Below are positions 31,998 through 41,296 of a stretch of 53,442 nucleotides of DNA, in pieces; within the stretch, counting starts at the first letter, position 1; each line of letters starts with the position of its first letter. Under the pieces are notes generated by a model. The model saw only the letters and a list, made by a program, of their open reading frames with translations. It was not told the DNA's origin and did not search any database. The translations under genes and the position numbers were made by a program. The DNA lies in contig CAVSHF010000001.1 of assembly GCA_963727805.1 (NCBI GenBank), positions 1-53,442 of the forward strand, in the 5' to 3' direction. The DNA is from an uncultured Nitrospiraceae bacterium (GTDB lineage: Bacteria; Nitrospirota; Thermodesulfovibrionia; Thermodesulfovibrionales; Dissulfurispiraceae).

Positions 31998-33359
31998 TCA
32001 AACGCTCTCGATTTTGAACTCCTTGATGATCTTCCAGAGCGTCACTCGACTTATGCCTAAATGTCGCGCGGCCATAGTCCGGTTGCCGTTGAATTTTCTG
32101 AGGGCTACGATTATCCGTTCCCTGTCTCGGTAGTGCTTTGCCGGCAGCACCTGCTTGAAAGCCGGCTCGTTGTTGAGCAGATATTCCGGAAGATCGGCCA
32201 GATCGATAGTGTCGCTTTTGCACGTGATGGCTGCATATTCAAGAGTGTTAATGAGCTGTCGCACGTTGCCCGGCCAGCGAAAAGACTCAAAGGCCTCCAT
32301 TGCAGCGGGGCTGAGATGCTGTATCTGCTTCCTGTTGATCATATTGATCCGATCGAGCAAATGCGATACGAGCACCGGAAGGTCCTCAGGCCTTTCCCTG
32401 AGAGGAGGGGTCTGAATGGGAATGACATTTATCCGGTAAAAGAGATCCTCCCTGAATCCGCCCGATTCCATGAGGCTGGAAAGGTCCTGATTAGTTGCGG
32501 TTATCAGCCGCACATTGACGGTGACCGTTCGGTTGTCACCCACTTTTTCGAGTTCTTTTTCCTGAATGACCCGAAGGAGCTTGACCTGCATTGCTGGTGG
32601 CATATCACCGATCTCATCAAGGAAGATACTGCCACTATGGGCGACCTCAAACCTGCCGGGACGGTCTTTAATGGCGCCGGTGAAGGCACCCCTGACATGG
32701 CCGAAGAGTTCGCTTTCGAGAAGGAATTCGTTGAGTGCCGCACAGTTGACCTTTACAAAAGGGCCTTTGCCCCTTCTGCTCAGTTTGTGAATAGCTTCGG
32801 CAACCAGTTCCTTTCCCGTGCCGCTCTCGCCTGAGATAAGCACAGGTGCTTCGCTTGACGAAGCGTTCTGTATTTGCTCATAAAGGCGTAGCATGGAAGA
32901 GCTTGTACCAAGAAGACCAAGAAAGCCGTATTCCTGCTTCAATTCGTGTTTGAGCCTTTCGATCTCGAGGTCTTTCATGTCGAGCGATGTCACGTTGGTC
33001 ATCACTTCGACAGCCCCGATGACGTCGCCCCCGCTGTTTTTCAGCAGCACGGCACTCTTCAGGAGATGTATCTCCCGTCCGTCCTTAGCGCGGAGATGAC
33101 AGCGCGTACCGGTCATCGAGCCCTTTTCGAAAAGCATGCATTTCTTCTGGGTTGCGCTGTCCGTCAGGTACGTACAGGCATTACCATCCAGCATGGCACA
33201 TTGTTTACCAATGACATCCTCATGCCGGTAGCCGGTGATTTCCTCCGCGGCGCGGTTGAAGAAAAGGATAGTGCTACTTTTGTCGATCACCATGAGGCCG
33301 TCCGACATCGTTTCGAGGACGCCTTTCAGGAATTCCGGATTGGTAAGTAATGTTTCCAT
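31998..33359 (-). CDS. PAS-domain sigma54-dependent Fis-family activator
   Basis: PAS, GESGTGKE, ELFGH..GAFTGA, FLDEIG, WPGNVRQL, C-terminal HTH; start ATG 33359 inferred. Confidence 0.95.
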   Translation of the reverse strand: METLLTNPEFLKGVLETMSDGLMVIDKSSTILFFNRAAEEITGYRHEDVIGKQCAMLDGNACTYLTDSATQKKCMLFEKGSMTGTRCHLRAKDGREIHLLKSAVLLKNSGGDVIGAVEVMTNVTSLDMKDLEIERLKHELKQEYGFLGLLGTSSSMLRLYEQIQNASSSEAPVLISGESGTGKELVAEAIHKLSRRGKGPFVKVNCAALNEFLLESELFGHVRGAFTGAIKDRPGRFEVAHSGSIFLDEIGDMPPAMQVKLLRVIQEKELEKVGDNRTVTVNVRLITATNQDLSSLMESGGFREDLFYRINVIPIQTPPLRERPEDLPVLVSHLLDRINMINRKQIQHLSPAAMEAFESFRWPGNVRQLINTLEYAAITCKSDTIDLADLPEYLLNNEPAFKQVLPAKHYRDRERIIVALRKFNGNRTMAARHLGISRVTLWKIIKEFKIESV

Positions 33360-33504
33360 ATCGTTAACGAGAAATGAATAATTAACAAATATTAACACGA
33401 TCGTTAACCTCTTTACTAGCAGAAAAGTATGCTGTAGTTATTAATCAGCTGAAATTAAAATGCTTTATCGTATTAGGTCAATCAATTTTGATGCCAGAAC
33501 ATAG

Positions 33505-33518
33505 GGCATAGTATTTGC
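33505..33518 (+). promoter_or_regulatory. sigma54 -24/-12 promoter
   Basis: GGCATAGTATTTGC (GG-N10-GC), divergent from a sigma54 activator. Confidence 0.7.
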
Positions 33519-33547
33519 CAAATAATAGATAAAACCTATCATTAACA

Positions 33548-33858
33548 CCGGACCTATCTGTGGAGGAATCCAAGGGGATTGTCGAGGCGAAACCTTCAGA
33601 TAAATTCATACTCGACATGCGCGATAGTGAAGAAGCTGAAAGCGGTATGCTCGTCGGCGCGAAGAATATAGCTTCTCAGGACGTTGTGAAGAGGCTATCT
33701 AAGATACCGAAAGATAAGGAAGTGATCATTCCTGCACGACCGGTGTTAGGACCGAGCTTGTATATCTCACGCCGAAAGATGCCAGATGCAAGGTACGCAT
33801 TTTGAACGCGATCATTGAGGTCGATCCGAACGGCAGATACGAGATTTCGAAGGAATAA
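33548..33858 (+). pseudogene. Truncated, frameshifted rhodanese-domain gene
   Basis: ILDMRDSEE..GMLVGAKNI..IPKDKEVII, frameshift near 33730, then CTTGVRTELVYLT...DPNGRYEISKE* in the next frame; no SD or N-terminus. Confidence 0.8.
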
Positions 33859-33874
33859 AAATTTGAACGAGGAC

Positions 33875-33923
33875 AACACCCCCATTCCCCTCTCTTAATA
33901 CAAGAGGGCGGAATGGGGGTGTT
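33875..33923. terminator. Long hairpin between convergent units
   Basis: AACACCCCCATTCC...GGAATGGGGGTGTT 14-bp outer stem plus an inner stem. Confidence 0.65.
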
Positions 33924-35187
33924 AATTCCGCGGCGACCAGCCAGGGCTGGCCGCCCTGAATCCTTTTTGCGTCAAGCGCTGAACCCCTTCACCGTTGGCC
34001 CTCATAATGAATATCCCCGTCGATCCGTCGCGCGTCGACGTAAAGGCAATATACCTGCCATCAGGCGAGAAGCAGGGGTCTTCATTGTTGCCGGAATTCG
34101 TTAATTGGGTCACTCCGCTCCCGTCTGCTTTCATGGTGAAAATCTGATTCTTCCCTCCGATCATACTGGCGTAAACGATTTTATCTCCGACAGGCGACCA
34201 AGCCGGAGAAGTATTATAAGTGCCTTCGAAGGTAAGTCTTCGCACCCCGAATCCCTCCTTGTCGGAAATATATATCTGGGGGCCTCCTGAACGGTTCGAT
34301 ACGAAAATAATGGATGAGCCGTCAGGAGAAACAGAGGGCGACACGTCAATCCAGGGAGAGGCAATAATCTTGCGGGTTGTCATGCCGCCGATCTCACCCA
34401 GGGAGATACCGGAGTATCCATCCTTTGAAGTGGAGAAAGCGTACTTTCGGCCGTCCGGGAAAAAATTCCCAACGATACTGGTCCCTGAAAGGGACATTGT
34501 CCGCAACTCCCGCATCGAGTTCATGTCGAGCACATAGATACCCCATTTCCGATCTTTTTCAGTAGAGTAGATGAGTTTCGATCCGTCGGATGACCAACGC
34601 GGCGCAAGGATGATGCCGCCTTTAATGCCGATGGGATACATTCGCTGACCGTCCCAGTCCATCATGTATAATTGTCTTGTGCCTGATGTCAGACCGACAA
34701 AGGCGATCTTTGTCTTGAATATTCCCTGCTGCCCCGTGAGTATTTTATAAATGTCATTGGCGATGGTATGAGCGAGAAGCCTCACCAGATCGGGCTTGGC
34801 AGTGTATTCTTTTTTCAGGACTTCCCGTCCTTCGGCGACATCGTACGCGGAGATGGTCACGTTGAGGGATTGTGCGGTCGACAATGTTGCAACTCCCTTA
34901 ACAACCATTTCGACGCCGAGGCCCTTCCAGCTCATGGTACTGAAGGGCTGATCCGGTCGTTCAATCTGTGCAGCGTCGACAAGGCAATCGAAAAGACCAG
35001 TAAAAGTCATGTCCGCCTTAACAATATCTGAAACCTCTTTGGCACCGACAAAAGGCTGAATAGCGATCGGAAGCTTCTTAATTCCGGTTGCCGTGATGTC
35101 GATGTATATCCTTTCAGCGCTAGAAGTCTGAACGGATAGTGCGATGATCAGAATGAAAACGATTAGAACTGCAATTCTCTTTTGCAT
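33922..35187 (-). CDS. tolB: Tol-Pal beta-propeller protein
   Basis: Signal peptide, AHTIANDIY, PD40 repeats (SPAWSP, PCFSPDG). Confidence 0.95.
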   Translation of the reverse strand: MQKRIAVLIVFILIIALSVQTSSAERIYIDITATGIKKLPIAIQPFVGAKEVSDIVKADMTFTGLFDCLVDAAQIERPDQPFSTMSWKGLGVEMVVKGVATLSTAQSLNVTISAYDVAEGREVLKKEYTAKPDLVRLLAHTIANDIYKILTGQQGIFKTKIAFVGLTSGTRQLYMMDWDGQRMYPIGIKGGIILAPRWSSDGSKLIYSTEKDRKWGIYVLDMNSMRELRTMSLSGTSIVGNFFPDGRKYAFSTSKDGYSGISLGEIGGMTTRKIIASPWIDVSPSVSPDGSSIIFVSNRSGGPQIYISDKEGFGVRRLTFEGTYNTSPAWSPVGDKIVYASMIGGKNQIFTMKADGSGVTQLTNSGNNEDPCFSPDGRYIAFTSTRDGSTGIFIMRANGEGVQRLTQKGFRAASPGWSPRN

Positions 35188-35195
35188 TTATTATT

Positions 35196-35858
35196 CTACC
35201 TTTCAGGAGGATGTAATCTTGGGCTTATCTCCATCTCCGCAGGCGGAGGTGGGAATGGAGCGGCATCGTTTATAGCTTTGATGGCAGCCCTGTCATAAAG
35301 GGGGTTGCCGGACTTCTTCTCGAACCCCAATATGGCAACGCTTCCATTTTTTGAGATTCTGATGTTGATAATGGTGAGCAAGTCTTTGTCCATAGACTCA
35401 GGGACGTGAAAATTTTCTCGAATTTTAGTTCCGATAAGGGATATGTAGTCTGCGCCCCCGGGCGTGGCCATCCCCGATGTCTGGGCCTTTGAGCCGACAG
35501 CCCTCTTGGCTGCAAAGATGTCGACACTCTTTCTCAGGCGGGCCACAGTTTCAATCTTCTTCTTAGCTTCAAGCGCCGCAATCCTTTCATTGACATCGCT
35601 TTTCTCCTTGAGGGTCACCTTCTCGTTTATTTCAGTTGTGTGGACGTTCTTCTCTTGTGGAGGTGCGGGCACCTCAATGCTTTTTTGAACAGGTCCTGGG
35701 GAAGAGTTGTTTGATGATGTGTCGACAAGAGAGACAACGAAGGGAGCTACCTTATAGTGTTCGCCCGCATACATGACATAAATGACGGTGGCGATTACAA
35801 ACAGGGAATGCAAACAGAGGGAAAACAGCAGGGAACTGTAGATCTGATCGGTTCTCAT
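35196..35858 (-). CDS. tolA: TolA/TonB C-terminal domain protein
   Basis: N-terminal TM SLCLHS, KKSGNPLYDRAAIKAI; lies between tolR and tolB. Confidence 0.8.
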   Translation of the reverse strand: MRTDQIYSSLLFSLCLHSLFVIATVIYVMYAGEHYKVAPFVVSLVDTSSNNSSPGPVQKSIEVPAPPQEKNVHTTEINEKVTLKEKSDVNERIAALEAKKKIETVARLRKSVDIFAAKRAVGSKAQTSGMATPGGADYISLIGTKIRENFHVPESMDKDLLTIINIRISKNGSVAILGFEKKSGNPLYDRAAIKAINDAAPFPPPPAEMEISPRLHPPER

Positions 35859-36256
35859 TTGAGCGAAATCTTAGGTTCTGTGACCATCCCGAGTTTCTCT
35901 ATCCCCGCCTCCTTTATATCTCCCATGATCTCGACTACCGTCCCGTAGGGGACATCCTTGTCCGCTCTGAGGAATACGTTGGGATTCAGCTTGCTGATTG
36001 CGGTGAGTTTGCTTATCATGTCCGTTTTCGATATGGGCTGATCATTCAGAAAGAGCGTCCCGCCTTTTTTGACGACAATCGAAATTCGTTCTTCAGGGGG
36101 CAGGTCTTTCCCCTTGGCTTTGGGAAGATTTACATCGATACCCTGCTGCATCAGGGGGGCCGTCACCATAAATATGATCAGCAACACTAGCATGACATCG
36201 ACCAGCGGGGTCACATTGATCTCTGATAAAGCAGTCCTATTACGGTTGGTCTTCAT
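35855..36256 (-). CDS. tolR: TolR
   Basis: EINVTPLVDVMLVLLIIFMVTAP, LRADKDVPYG; start ATG 36256. Confidence 0.93.
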   Translation of the reverse strand: MKTNRNRTALSEINVTPLVDVMLVLLIIFMVTAPLMQQGIDVNLPKAKGKDLPPEERISIVVKKGGTLFLNDQPISKTDMISKLTAISKLNPNVFLRADKDVPYGTVVEIMGDIKEAGIEKLGMVTEPKISLK

Positions 36257-36258
36257 AT

Positions 36259-36879
36259 TTAGCTGAGGATATAATCGACTAGTTCCTCGGAATAGTCCTC
36301 CATAAAGATGATTATTCGATTTACACGACTCAGGTAATAGTTGTAGGCGATGACGGCGGGGATGGCCGCTGCCAGGCCCATTGCAGTGGTAACGAGGGCC
36401 TCGGCAATGCCGGGCGCGACGACGGCGAGCGATGCCGATCCCGTAGTCCCTATCCCGGTGAAGGCGTTCATGATCCCCCACACTGTTCCGAAAAGACCGA
36501 TGAAGGGAGTGGTCGTACCTGTTGTTGCAAGGAAATTAAGATATCGTTCAAGCCGAGCCGATTCGAGGGCGCTGTATCGCTTGAGCATCCTTCTCAACTC
36601 CTGTTTATCGGAATAGGTCTTCTCGGAGTAAACCGACTTGAACAGCCGAGCAAGGGGGCTCAGTTCGAATTTTTTGGAAGACGTGAAGAGGTCCCGCGGA
36701 TTTTTTGTCACATTGTAAATCTTCATGAAAGTAGCGCTCTCATCGTCCGCCTTCGCAAAGAGCCGCCATTTATAGAAGATGATTGTCCATGAAGTTATCG
36801 AGAACAGCAAAAGAATAATAAGTACGCCTTTGACGACATATCCTGCCTGAAGTACCATTTGCAGCGCTGATTGTTCCAT
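36259..36879 (-). CDS. tolQ: TolQ
   Basis: PFIGLFGTVWGIM, VAPGIAEAL, AAIPAV. Confidence 0.95.
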   Translation of the reverse strand: MEQSALQMVLQAGYVVKGVLIILLLFSITSWTIIFYKWRLFAKADDESATFMKIYNVTKNPRDLFTSSKKFELSPLARLFKSVYSEKTYSDKQELRRMLKRYSALESARLERYLNFLATTGTTTPFIGLFGTVWGIMNAFTGIGTTGSASLAVVAPGIAEALVTTAMGLAAAIPAVIAYNYYLSRVNRIIIFMEDYSEELVDYILS

Positions 36880-36956
36880 CAGACCTCCTTATAAAGAATA
36901 ACTCTAGCCAAAAAAAAGGCGAAAAGTCAAATCCGCCAATGGGTTGAGGTTCAATT

Positions 36957-37078
36957 CATGTGACGAAGGCATAGCGCGAAAGGCATATCGGCTGATGCCG
37001 AAAGGTCAGTACATGCAGTCCAATCGACTGAGTCAGCATCAATAGTGAACGATAAGGATCGAACATGTCGTCACAATG
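36957..37078 (+). ncRNA. Candidate structured RNA (unassigned)
   Basis: Closing stem TGTGACGA/TCGTCACA, two C-GAAA-G loops, CAGTC/GACTG hairpin, ACATG/CATGT pairing. Confidence 0.3.
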
Positions 37079-37092
37079 CGGTTGTATGGTCG

Positions 37093-37287
37093 CTATCGGA
37101 TAATGATTTGCCTGTCTGGCAGATTCCCTTTTGGATTGCAGATGGGACAGGGCTTGCGTATTGGGTTGTAGCCATTTTTGCATTTGTTGCATGGACGTAT
37201 CCCTATGAAAGACGTACCGTCGCAACACGCACACTTCTCGGTGCTGTCATACCAGTAATTATTCTTGCATATAGAACATTTGGTCAT
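37093..37287 (-). CDS. Small Cys-rich putative zinc-finger protein, 64 aa
   Basis: Four CxxC motifs; upstream TTGTAT-17 nt-TATGAT promoter. Confidence 0.6.
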   Translation of the reverse strand: MTKCSICKNNYWYDSTEKCACCDGTSFIGIRPCNKCKNGYNPIRKPCPICNPKGNLPDRQIIIR

Positions 37288-37516
37288 ACATCACACCCGT
37301 TAATAGCTTAATTTTATGATATCATAAACGACGAGACATAGGAATACAATTAAAGTTTTATTAAGATTTCTTCATTCTTATATAATGATATTAGCTGTCT
37401 GTGAGGAGATCATTTTTAAGAAGAGACCAAATTGTCCTCCAACCGCAAATCTATCTGTCCGCCGGGTTGTGATCTGCATCATTGATTTTTGAAATCTCCC
37501 TCGGTTATTCTGAAAT

Positions 37517-38500
37517 ATGGCTTTTTCAGGGATCATCAGTTCCTTTAAGAATAAAAATATCCTCATCATCGGCGATATAATCCTTGACCGATATATCTTC
37601 GGAAGGGTCAGCAGAATTTCTCCTGAGGCCCCTGTTCCGGTTGTCGATGTGATGCGGGAATCTTTTCTTCTGGGCGGCGCTGCAAACGTAGCTAATAACA
37701 TCATTGCACTCGGAGGAAAGGTGACTGTTGCGGGGGTCATCGGAAAGGACCGTGCAGGAGATGTTGTAAAGGGGCTTATGACCGATAGCAATATCAATAT
37801 CGAAGCCATCATCGAGGACAACCGGCCCACGACGGTGAAGGCGAGGGTGATCGCCCACAATCAACAGATCGTGAGATTCGACCGCGAAGATCGAAGAAAG
37901 CTGGAAGGAAAGAGTCTGCTCTCTTTTCTCGGGCAGATTAGGAAAATGCTTCCACTGTATGACGCGGTGATTATCTCGGACTATAAGAAAGGTGTTGTCT
38001 CGGCATCCCTCGTCAAGGAAGTCGTCAAATATGCAAAACAGAAGAAAACTTTTGTCGCTGTCGATCCCAAAGTCGGACACTTCCATCTCTATAAAAACGT
38101 CTCGCTGATAACACCGAATATTATGGAAGCATCTGAAGGCTCAGGTGTTCAGATCAAAGACGAAAAAAGCCTGCTCAAGGCGGGGGAAACGCTGCTGTCT
38201 AGGCTTTCATGCATGTCAGTCCTTATTACACGGGGAGAGGAAGGCATGAGCCTTTTTGAGTGGGGCTCCAAGGGTATGGGGGTCACCCATATTCCCACGG
38301 TTGCAAAGAAGGTCTTCGACGTTACTGGCGCCGGCGACACCGTGATTGCGACCTTCACCCTCGCATATGCCGCGGGGGCGTCTCTCCAGGACGCTGCAAC
38401 GATAGCTAATCATGCCGCGGGCATTGTCGTCGGTGAAGTCGGTACTGCGGTGGCCACTCCCGACATATTGCTCCAATCTCTAGTGTCACATACTTTATAG
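37517..38500 (+). CDS. rfaE1: D-glycero-beta-D-manno-heptose-7-phosphate kinase
   Basis: RISPEAPVPV, GGAANVA, SDYKKG, DVTGAGDT. Confidence 0.95.
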   Translation: MAFSGIISSFKNKNILIIGDIILDRYIFGRVSRISPEAPVPVVDVMRESFLLGGAANVANNIIALGGKVTVAGVIGKDRAGDVVKGLMTDSNINIEAIIEDNRPTTVKARVIAHNQQIVRFDREDRRKLEGKSLLSFLGQIRKMLPLYDAVIISDYKKGVVSASLVKEVVKYAKQKKTFVAVDPKVGHFHLYKNVSLITPNIMEASEGSGVQIKDEKSLLKAGETLLSRLSCMSVLITRGEEGMSLFEWGSKGMGVTHIPTVAKKVFDVTGAGDTVIATFTLAYAAGASLQDAATIANHAAGIVVGEVGTAVATPDILLQSLVSHTL

Positions 38501-38505
38501 GTTTC

Positions 38506-39516
38506 ATGTCCAAAGCGATTGCCTTGTATTCAGGCGGACTCGATAGCACCCTCTCTGTCCTTGTCATGAAAAGACTTGGAGTGGAAGTCACGGCTGTTCA
38601 GTTTGACACCGATTTCGGATGTTCTGTTTCTCGACGTTCCGGAGGCAAGCCAACATCTCGGGTCCCTGCATTGCTGAGCTTTACCGTCGAAACGCATTAC
38701 ATCGGTGACAAATTCATCGAGCTTGTAAAGAATCCGAAGTTCGGCCATGGCAAGAACATGAACCCCTGCATCGACTGCAAGGCACTGATGCTGAAAGAGG
38801 CGAAGATGCTTATGGAACAAAGGGGGGCTGACTTCCTCATAACGGGTGAGGTGCTGTGGCAGCGACCGATGAGCCAGAGGGGGGACACTCTTCCTAAGAT
38901 CGAGAGAGAGGCCGGTGTACGGGGCCTTGTAGTGAGACCCTTGAGCGCGAAGGTTATGAAACCGACAATTCCCGAGGAGAAGGGCCTTGTCGACCGAGAG
39001 AAGCTTTATGGTATGTCGGGTAGGTCGAGAAAGCCCCAGATGGCCCTCGCAAAAGAACTGGGATTGACCGAGTATCCCCAGCCCGCCGGTGGTTGTCTGC
39101 TTACCGATCCGATTTTTTCTTGCCGTCTCAGGGAATTGCTTGCGCGGAATTCTTCACCCTCGATGAAAGAGGTGCAACTCCTGAGGATGGGAAGGCACTT
39201 CAGGACTGAGGATGGATTCAAGATAATCGTCGGCAGGGACGAGCGGGACAATGAAAACATTCAAAAGCTTGCCGGGCCCGATGACTATCTTCTGCATGTG
39301 GCTGGTGATTACGGCAGTCCATTGGTGATAATGGAAACGGGTATTTCGGACGAAGGCCTGAATCTGGCGGCAGCGCTCTGCGCAAGATACTCGGCTGCTA
39401 GGAAGCTCCCGGTTGTGGCAGTCAATGTTTTGCGAAATAGCACGTCTTCTTTAATTGAAGCCGTACCGGCTGAAGACGCCGACTTCGGACGTTTCAGAAT
39501 CCACCCGTCTGAATAA
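38506..39516 (+). CDS. tRNA thiolation PP-loop protein (ThiI/MnmA-like, DUF814-type C-terminus)
   Basis: SGGLDS, NPCIDC, TGEVLWQRPMSQ, PAGGCLLT. Confidence 0.85.
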   Translation: MSKAIALYSGGLDSTLSVLVMKRLGVEVTAVQFDTDFGCSVSRRSGGKPTSRVPALLSFTVETHYIGDKFIELVKNPKFGHGKNMNPCIDCKALMLKEAKMLMEQRGADFLITGEVLWQRPMSQRGDTLPKIEREAGVRGLVVRPLSAKVMKPTIPEEKGLVDREKLYGMSGRSRKPQMALAKELGLTEYPQPAGGCLLTDPIFSCRLRELLARNSSPSMKEVQLLRMGRHFRTEDGFKIIVGRDERDNENIQKLAGPDDYLLHVAGDYGSPLVIMETGISDEGLNLAAALCARYSAARKLPVVAVNVLRNSTSSLIEAVPAEDADFGRFRIHPSE

Positions 39517-39785
39517 AGAGTTTCTGGAATCATACTCCAAGGAGTCCCTCCCTTTTTAGCCCAATTAATGTGTTGCCGTTTGCGTATTTCACTTCGTGTT
39601 TCTGTTTAAGGCAACCCCCCGAGCTGAACTACTCATTCTGACTATTACCATAAGGTGCATTTTAAGCATGCATATCATATTGGGATTTCAGGAAGAAATG
39701 AACGAAAGACATCGTGGGTTCAGTTCTCGTCTTTTAATCATAAGGAATGAGGCGCTGTGATTAAACACTCACAGGTCGACTATTG

Positions 39786-40526
39786 TCAGTACTTCCCGCC
39801 GGTGAGGGTGGCCTTGACGGCCCCGACTTTTACCTTGGTCTTGAGCAGTAACGGCAGGCGCTTCGAATCATCAGTGACCCAAATGAGAATGTCGCCCTTC
39901 CTGCTGAAGATTCCTTCGGTCAGCAATACCGGCCTGATAAGAATAGTCTTAAAGGTGCCGAGTGGTGTCTCGATTTCTTCTTTTTTTACGATTTGCACCT
40001 CGGCCTTATAGAGCTTTTTATTATCGAAAACTTCGACATAAATCGATTTCCCGACCGGAAGCGGAAGATATCTTACATAATAAAAGCATGATAGAGCATC
40101 CATCGTTGTTTCGTTGATATCGAAAACCTGCTTCTCTTTATCCAAGTAGTTATAATAGGTAGCCTTCTTTTCCTTGAAGTCGAAATAGACTTCTTTGTCC
40201 TTTTTATGTCTGCCCTCAGACGTTTTGAGCTTATAGTTGTAAGGTTTAACCGGCAGTATCTTATGTGTTTCTTTTAATAGCGAACTCACAGCGAGGTCAT
40301 CGACCCTGTAGAAAACAGACACTAAGTCGGATGACACGGCGCGGGATACAAATTGAATATACGGGCCGTTCTCCAGGACCTCGAGCGATGCCGTCCCTGC
40401 TTTTATGCCGGACCACGTAAGGTCGTATTCAAGTCTTTCGGGGAGTGTATAGGCTGCGACCGTGGATGCCAATAATAAATTAATAAGAACAATAGCAGCA
40501 AAAAAATATGGTCTCGTGGTTGTCAA
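39786..40526 (-). CDS. DUF3108 family exported protein
   Basis: Signal peptide, ERLEYDLTWSGIKAG, IWVTDDSKRLP; TTG start at 40526 after SD GGAG. Confidence 0.85.
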   Translation of the reverse strand: MTTTRPYFFAAIVLINLLLASTVAAYTLPERLEYDLTWSGIKAGTASLEVLENGPYIQFVSRAVSSDLVSVFYRVDDLAVSSLLKETHKILPVKPYNYKLKTSEGRHKKDKEVYFDFKEKKATYYNYLDKEKQVFDINETTMDALSCFYYVRYLPLPVGKSIYVEVFDNKKLYKAEVQIVKKEEIETPLGTFKTILIRPVLLTEGIFSRKGDILIWVTDDSKRLPLLLKTKVKVGAVKATLTGGKY

Positions 40527-40570
40527 GTGTTCTCCTGCATGGTCTCTGTTCTTTCTGGTATAGTAATATG

Positions 40571-41296
40571 ATGCTGGTAATTCCTGCAATAGACCTGAAA
40601 GAAGGGCGCTGCGTCAGACTGCTCCAGGGCAGGGAAAAAGATGCGACGGTTTATTCCGATGATCCGGCAGCAATGGCCATGAAATGGGAGTCGATGGGGG
40701 CAAAGCTGCTCCATGTTGTCGATCTCGACGGGGCGTTCACCGGAAGCCAGAAAAACCTTGAAAGCGTCATGAAGATAAGAAAGGCAATAAGTATCGATAT
40801 CGAGGTTGGAGGTGGTATCCGGGATCTCTCGCGGATCGATCAATTGATCGAAGGGGGTATCAACAGGGTCATTCTCGGGACCGTAGCCGTAGAAAACCCG
40901 CAATTGGTGCAAGATGCCTGCGCCAAATATCCGGGCAGAGTGCTGGTAGGCATCGATGCAAAGAATGGCGATGTCGCCGTAAAAGGGTGGGTCGAAGTAA
41001 CCGCGGTCAAGGCCACAGACCTAGCGGTTAGGATGCGGGATTATGGTTGTGCCGGAATAATCTATACTGACATTGCAAAGGACGGCATGCTTTCGGGGCC
41101 GAATATCGAAGCGGTCCGAGATATGGTTACTAGCCTGAATATATCGGTCATAGCATCGGGCGGCATTGCGTCTCTCGACGACATCAGGAATCTTACTCGG
41201 GTCGAGGGGCTCTGGGGTGCCATTACCGGCAAAGCAATCTATTCGGAAGCGATGGATCTTAGAGAGGCAATTAGGATTTCGGAGGAAGCGTGTTAG
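40571..41296 (+). CDS. hisA: ProFAR isomerase
   Basis: [28 protein letters not shown]. Confidence 0.97.
   Translation: MLVIPAIDLKEGRCVRLLQGREKDATVYSDDPAAMAMKWESMGAKLLHVVDLDGAFTGSQKNLESVMKIRKAISIDIEVGGGIRDLSRIDQLIEGGINRVILGTVAVENPQLVQDACAKYPGRVLVGIDAKNGDVAVKGWVEVTAVKATDLAVRMRDYGCAGIIYTDIAKDGMLSGPNIEAVRDMVTSLNISVIASGGIASLDDIRNLTRVEGLWGAITGKAIYSEAMDLREAIRISEEAC

Noticed and set aside
36990..37010. Hammerhead ribozyme or c-di-AMP riboswitch (CTGATG..GAAA; GCTGA..CCGAAAGG)
   Set aside because: The core is CUGAUGC rather than CUGANGA, with no room for stem II; the other ydaO conserved blocks are missing.
36935..37092. Integron attC site or retron ncRNA
   Set aside because: No RYYYAAC/GTTRRRY pair, and no integrase or reverse transcriptase in the window.
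37045..37311. 88-aa + strand hydrophobic ORF
   Set aside because: Antisense to the four-CxxC ORF, which has a promoter and a clearer motif pattern; not fully excluded.
39540..39640. c-di-GMP-I riboswitch-like segment on the minus strand (GTTGCC..ACGCAAA..GGCAAC) followed by an SD-like GGGAGGG
   Set aside because: Lacks the GGCAAA/GNRA and tetraloop-receptor arrangement; the only downstream ORFs are short and antisense to a real gene.
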